A stretch of DNA of 15,874 nucleotides from Zygophlyctis sp. KS116 (taxonomy: Eukaryota > Fungi > Chytridiomycota): positions 1-15,874 of the forward strand of contig BAAFSQ010000230.1 in NCBI GenBank assembly GCA_054661495.1, given 5' to 3'. Positions 10,651-15,874 of this stretch are shown here, in pieces. The translations under genes were made by a program, and so were the position numbers. The number at the start of each line of letters is the position of its first letter. The first letter of the stretch is position 1. Below the pieces are notes generated by a model. It was not told the DNA's origin. It did no database searches and saw only the letters and a list, made by a program, of their open reading frames with translations.

Positions 10651-11745
10651 ATGTCAGCGGGAGACTCTACTAGATCAAAGAAGGAAGCTTATTTTACTAA
10701 ACTAAATGGATTATTAGAAGATTTTTCTACAATCTTTATTGTGACTGTCGATAATGTCGGATCTAATCAAATGCATCAGATTAGACATGCTCTTAGAGGT
10801 GAAGCAGTGGTCTTGATGGGGAAAAATACAATGGTTAGAAAAGTATTACGTTCATTGGCTCCAGAAAATCCTTCGTATGAAAGATTAATGGCTCAGGTTG
10901 TGGGGAATATTGGATTTGTTTTTACAAAGGGAGATTTAAAAGCTATAAAGAAACTTATACTTTCTAATAGAGTTGCTGCTCCTGCAAAGGCTGGTGCTAT
11001 TGCTCCTGTTGATGTTGTTATTCCTGCTGGTAATACTGGTATGGGTCCAGAAAAAACTTCTTTTTTCCAGGCTCTAGGTGTTGCTACAAAGATTGCTAGA
11101 GGTACTATTGAAATTATTTCAAATGTCGAGTTGATCAAGGCAGGGACAAAGGTAAGGTTTAGATTTTTAAGGTGTAGGTTGGAGCTTCTGAAGCTGCTCT
11201 TTTGAACATGTTAAACATTTCTCCTTTTACTTATGGAATGAATATTAAGGCTGTTTACGATCAAGGAGTTATCTTTTCTCCAGAGGTTTTGGATGTTGAA
11301 GATGAAACATTAATTGGACACTTTATGACTGGAATTAAGAATATTGCTTCTATTTCTTTGGCAGCAAATTTCCCAACTGTGGCTTCTGTTCCTCATTCTA
11401 TGGTCAATGGATACAAACGTGTTCTTGGTCTTGGATTGTCTTTGGATGAATACTCTTTTGAAGCAGTTGATAAGGTAAGATTTAAAAACTTTTATTGCAC
11501 AATGATTAAAACTAATTAAATGATCTACAGGATTTAAACAAGATCACTCTAATTTTTTCATGAGTGCATTAAACTCGCTAAAAAATTCTAATATATAGCT
11601 AAAGGAAATTTTGGCTGATCCATCACGATTTGCTGCTGCTGCTCCTGTTGCCGCTGCTGCTGCTCCTGCTGCAAAGGCTGAAGAGAAGAAGGAAGAAGCC
11701 AAGGAAGAGTCTGATGATGATATGGGCTTTGGTCTATTTGATTAG
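10651..11745 (+). CDS. RPP0: 60S acidic ribosomal protein P0 (uL10), ~314 aa, 3 exons
   Basis: Exons 10651-11151, 11178-11474, 11599-11745 (introns 26 and 124 nt). Motifs: [38 protein letters not shown], Ala-rich hinge, C-terminal [13 protein letters not shown]. Confidence 0.98.
11496..11568 (+). ncRNA. Intronic box C/D snoRNA, predicted 18S rRNA guide
   Basis: Terminal stem TGCAC/GTGCA; box C ATGATTA (11502-11508); box D ATGA (11560-11563); D'-like ATGA (11520-11523). CACTCTAATTTTTTC(A) just before box D is the exact reverse complement of the conserved 18S segment (T)GAAAAAATTAGAGTG (recalled from known 18S sequences). Confidence 0.85.
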
Positions 11746-11791
11746 GAATTTAAAAAAAAGATTTTTCATTTTGAGTGAAATTTTGACTGAA

Positions 11792-13373
11792 ATGCCAGAG
11801 ATTAAACAAGAGAAGCCAATCAAGGAGAAGAAGCACAGATCTAAAGAGGAGAAAATGATTAGAAAAGAAAAAAAGAGATTAGCGGCAGATTCGGATGCTA
11901 TCAAGAAAAAGTCAAAAAAGGAAAAGACAATGCATGATCAAGATGAGAAATCCATTGAAAAAGTCAATGCATCTCATCTAGAGGAGACTGACAATATTCC
12001 CGGTAAATGGGTCTATCATCCATCAAAGAAAAATTTAAATTTGGAAGATTCTGTCATCAATGATTTTCTTACTAGTAATGATATAACAATCAATCCCAAG
12101 AATGACTTTAAGCCGATCCTGCAGTTTGATCATGTCAAGTTTCCTAAAACAATATCTAATGCAATTTCAGGATTTGATAAGCCTACAGCGATACAGTCAG
12201 TTACCTGGCCTCCTATTTTAAGTGGAAGAGATTTGATTGGGATCGCTGCTACTGGTTCTGGTAAGACTTTGGCTTTTGGTATGCCAGCATTTTTGAGAAC
12301 ATATGCCGATAAAAAACCTAGAGTGCTCGTTCTATCCCCAACAAGAGAATTGGCAATGCAGATTCAAGATCAATTTATTTCTTTGGGTAAGAACATGGAT
12401 ATTGAATCTGTTGTTGTGTATGGAGGTGTTTCCAAGTATGAACAGAAGCATGCATTAAAATCTGCTTCTATAATTGTTGCTACCCCAGGAAGATTGCTTG
12501 ATTTGGTAGAAACAGATCGTGCTTGTGATTTGTCAATGATTGAGTATTTTGTACTTGATGAGGCAGATAGAATGTTGGATTTTGGGTTTGAGGAGGCTAT
12601 TCGTAAGATTGTCAGTTATCTACCGGTTGAAAATAGGCAGACTGTAATGTTCAGTGCTACATGGCCAGCAGTCATACAATCTATGGCTTCTTCTTTTTTG
12701 AAAAATCCTGTTCATGTTACAGTTGGATCTTTGGAACTTTCAGCAAACTCTTCAATTGAACAACGGGTTGAAGTCCTCGATCCTTATGCAAAAGAATCAA
12801 GGCTATTGGCATTATTAAAAACTTATCATTCATCCAGAAAAAATCGAATTCTTATTTTTGCCCTCTATAAAAAAGAGGCGGCCCGACTAGAAGCATTCTT
12901 GAAAAGAAATCAGTATAATGTGGCAGCCATACATGGTGATCTTGTGCAGACACAAAGAAGTGCAGCAATTGAAGGTTTCAAATCAGGGAAAATCCCTCTA
13001 TTAATTGCAACAGATGTTGCAGCCCGTGGAATAGATATTCCAAATGTTGGTAATTCCTTATTTTACTTATGCCAAAGAATATGTGATCAATGTCACTTTT
13101 CCGCTTACTATTGAAGATTACTGTCATCGTATTGGAAGGACTGGCAGAGCAGGAAAAACTGGAATTTCTCATACATTTTTTACAATGCATGATAAATCTC
13201 ATTCAGGCTCATTGATCAATGTTTTGAAACAAGCCAATCAAGTTGTTCCTAATGAATTATTTAAGTTTGGAACCACTGTTAAGAAAAAGTTGGATCCAAA
13301 CTATGGAGCATTCACAAAAGATATTGATCCAAATGCAAAACCTACGAAAATAACATTTGATGATTCAGACTAA
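11792..13373 (+). CDS. DBP3: DEAD-box RNA helicase Dbp3, ~517 aa, 2 exons
   Basis: Exons 11792-13049 and 13078-13373 (28-nt intron). Lys-rich N-terminus, Q motif, [34 protein letters not shown], and a Dbp3-type tail TVKKK...YGAFTKDID...TKITFD. Confidence 0.93.
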
Positions 13374-13377
13374 ACGT

Positions 13378-14687
13378 TTAATAAACATTTAAAAGCTTGA
13401 ACACAGTAAGTGTAATTATCATGGACATTAATCCACCATAAAAGTCCATGAGAGAAGGTGCATCTGAAGTTTTATCCTTTTTGGAATTAGCAGTGTCAGG
13501 CGAATTTGACTTTTCGGACCATATTATCATCGAATCAATCTCTGGAGTTTTCAAGTGATTTCTGAATGCATCTAAAACTTCACCATCTTTAGATCCTCCA
13601 TCATTTCCAAAAGGTGAATTGATTCCTGTTCCCGTGTCTCCTAATTGCGTGAAATCTCTCCATGTCGTTTCTTCATGTTTGATGAATTCAAAAGATCCAA
13701 TCGCTTTTATTTTTGGATACTTTTTCTTGAATGCAGGATTCAAGTACTGCTCCCACCAGCTTTTCTTGATAGCTAACCGACCTGGACCTGGATCTGGAAC
13801 TTGATTAGAACCATCAACAGCCAAATGAAATGTAGCAGCAGTCTCACTTATTATAAAAGGTTTGGCCGATCTACTTGATCCAGAAAACATATCATAAAGC
13901 GAGAAAGTTGGAGTAGACAGTAGATCCTCAAACTTATTTGTAATGGGTAAAACGTTTTGTTCCCAAGGCCATCTTTCTCCAAAATGATATACTGAGAATC
14001 CAACCCAATCAACCCATTCATCTCCTCTATTTATTAATTATTAAGAGTTTACGGGTAGTATGGAGTATATGGATCATCCCTTCCATCAATAATCCCATCT
14101 TTATTTGTATCTAATGGTTGCAGTGCTGGAGTTAAATTTGTAATGGTTCCACCCCACGGATATCCTGCACCTGCATTAGGAGCCCATATGATTGCTAAAT
14201 TTCTAGAATTCCCACTGGCTTGCCGAATAGCTCCTACAACCTTTTTCCATGATTCAATATATGCCACTGGTTGCCTTCCAAATACGAACCAATTGCCATT
14301 CATCTCCGGACCATATCGAAGAAATATTCGACGGCCTTTTGATATTTGCTGGCCGATAATACTTGAGATTTGTGAGATTGCGTTATCAGACACTTGGTCA
14401 ATGCCCAAGATTGGATACAAAGTTATTAATGCAATTGCATTTGTACCAGACTCATCCAATTGTTTGAAAAATGACTCAACTTCATTTGGCTGGCAATCCG
14501 ATGTAAGGTTAAAGTCTGATTGGAAGAATGAAAATGGCTTATGATTCACCCTTTGTATAATTGATGCTATAGTATCGCCATGCAATCTATCATACCAAGG
14601 ACCATAATACAATTTACTATCATCATCAAATTCAAGAGGAGATAATGCATTCAACAAGCCAAACAAGAGAATGATCATCAGCTTCAT
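13378..14687 (-). CDS. Glycoside hydrolase family 26-like secreted, possibly GPI-anchored protein, ~427 aa, 2 exons
   Basis: Exons 14687-14053 and 14026-13378 (26-nt intron restores YYPGDEWVDWVGFSVY). Signal peptide MKLMIILLFGLLNA; acid/base motif RYGPEMNGNWF; WAPN; nucleophile region KPFIISET; hydrophobic C-terminal tail. Confidence 0.85.
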
Positions 14688-14718
14688 TTCAGGGAGTTCG
14701 GACTTGTATTGTTGTTGA

Positions 14719-15805
14719 ATGACGTATGATACTGAATCTGTGATGTTGGCGAACAAACTCAAACTAGCCATAGAAACATGCGAGCCTGATATACTTAAAT
14801 TACTATATGTTATGGCTGAGTGTATCGGCTGTGTGGAATTACTATCAGGGGGGGACGTGAAAACGCATCAAATATTGGGATTTGATACTTTATTATGTAA
14901 ATTGAACTGTGTAGTAAGAGGAGAAACTTTTATTAGTAATTCTTATCTAAATAATGGTATTTCAAATGATAAAGCTAATGATAAAACTCAAATAAAAGGT
15001 ATCATAGAATGCTATTTATTAAAAAGATGCCATCACTCAAACAGATGAAAATTACGGCTTGAATGAAGAACTTCATCGGATTAAGATTATGATAGAGGAG
15101 CAACGGAATGAAATCATGTTGATGATTCAGGACTTGAATCATAAAATACTTAAATATCTACCGATAAAAAAGTCACTAGAAGAACTGGAAGAAGAATTAA
15201 GAGTTATTACAGAAAAACAAACGAAGCTAAATGACTACTTGGAATTTACTAAACATGATATCATTAAAAATCGTGTAAGACCAGGGAAAGAGAGAATTTC
15301 AATACTAAAGGAAGAACAGGAATTATTCAAGTTAAATTTGGCTGCATTTCAACAAGATTTTGTCAGAATTCATCAAGTTAAAGATGATCAAAGATACGCT
15401 ATATTGTGGGGAATGGTCCAAGAACAGGACTCGTTGAATCTTAAAATGCAATCTCTATTAGGAATACTGGATCAGGTTGTAAATCTTCAGGAAAATCAAA
15501 ATTCAATAGAGGCATGGATAAATAAAGCAAAAGATTCAGCCGATTATATAAGGGAATTACAGATAAGAATGAAGTGTTTTACTAGTCAGGAGAGACTAGA
15601 TAGACTTCAGGAAATTAAAGCTATCAAAGACTTTGAATATACCCTTTTTAAAAATCGGACACCGTTTGAAAGAGAATTGAAAAGTGCTATTCAGGGTAAA
15701 TCTAATTTTCTCATTGATTCAATTCGGAAAGTAGAAAAGCTCCAAGATGAAAAACTTCAAAACTACATACTTTTATTATGTAACCAAAGATCAAATGAAG
15801 ACTAA
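14719..15805 (+). CDS. Hypothetical coiled-coil protein, ~352 aa, 2 exons
   Basis: ORFs 14719-15048 and 15059-15805 join in frame through a 28-nt GT-AG intron (14999-15026). The C-terminal two-thirds is L/E/K/Q-rich and heptad-like. No family recognised, and the 5' exon structure is uncertain. Confidence 0.6.
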
Positions 15806-15874
15806 ACAAATGCAAAAACTTCCACTGTAAAAATTGTAAAATTGTTGGATTTATCGCCGGTGAGTGGGTCATTC

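Noticed and set aside
11509-11523. Second (D') guide ACTAATTA matching LSU rRNA TAATTAGT
   Set aside because: Only 8 AT-rich base pairs, too short to call.
11603-11791. DBP3 frame open upstream through the RPP0 last exon (poly-Leu ORF start at 11630), suggesting a P0-Dbp3 fusion
   Set aside because: This is an off-frame reading of Ala/Glu/Lys low-complexity codons. No convincing slippery site or acceptor links the frames, and ATG 11792 gives a normal Dbp3.

Overview
AT-rich, very compact eukaryotic genomic DNA, most consistent with an early-diverging fungus (chytrid- or Rozella-like; inferred from the fungal HAL/NPR-type kinase, the DBP3/CYS3 sequences and the tiny introns). Once GT-AG mini-introns are removed, the fragmented ORF track resolves into 12 protein genes: S10 serine carboxypeptidase, ATE1, VPS26, MOCS2A/MoaD, Nup2/Nup50, CYS3, a shortened Serinc, a HAL/NPR kinase, RPP0, DBP3, a GH26 hydrolase and an unknown coiled-coil protein. 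There is also a tRNA-Ile(AAT). Of 29 hand-modelled introns, 27 are 24-32 nt, and the two long ones both carry structured RNA. The 124-nt RPP0 intron hosts a box C/D snoRNA antisense to 18S rRNA. The 120-nt kinase intron parses as 27-nt intron + 66-nt stop-containing exon + 27-nt intron, and a 78-nt G-U-rich hairpin pairs the two internal splice sites together, making it a candidate structure-controlled poison-exon switch (the top finding). Also notable are gene gaps as short as 4-72 nt and phase-locked 7-nt repeat arrays in two upstream regions. All gene models and folds were made by eye and need RNA-seq or computational confirmation.
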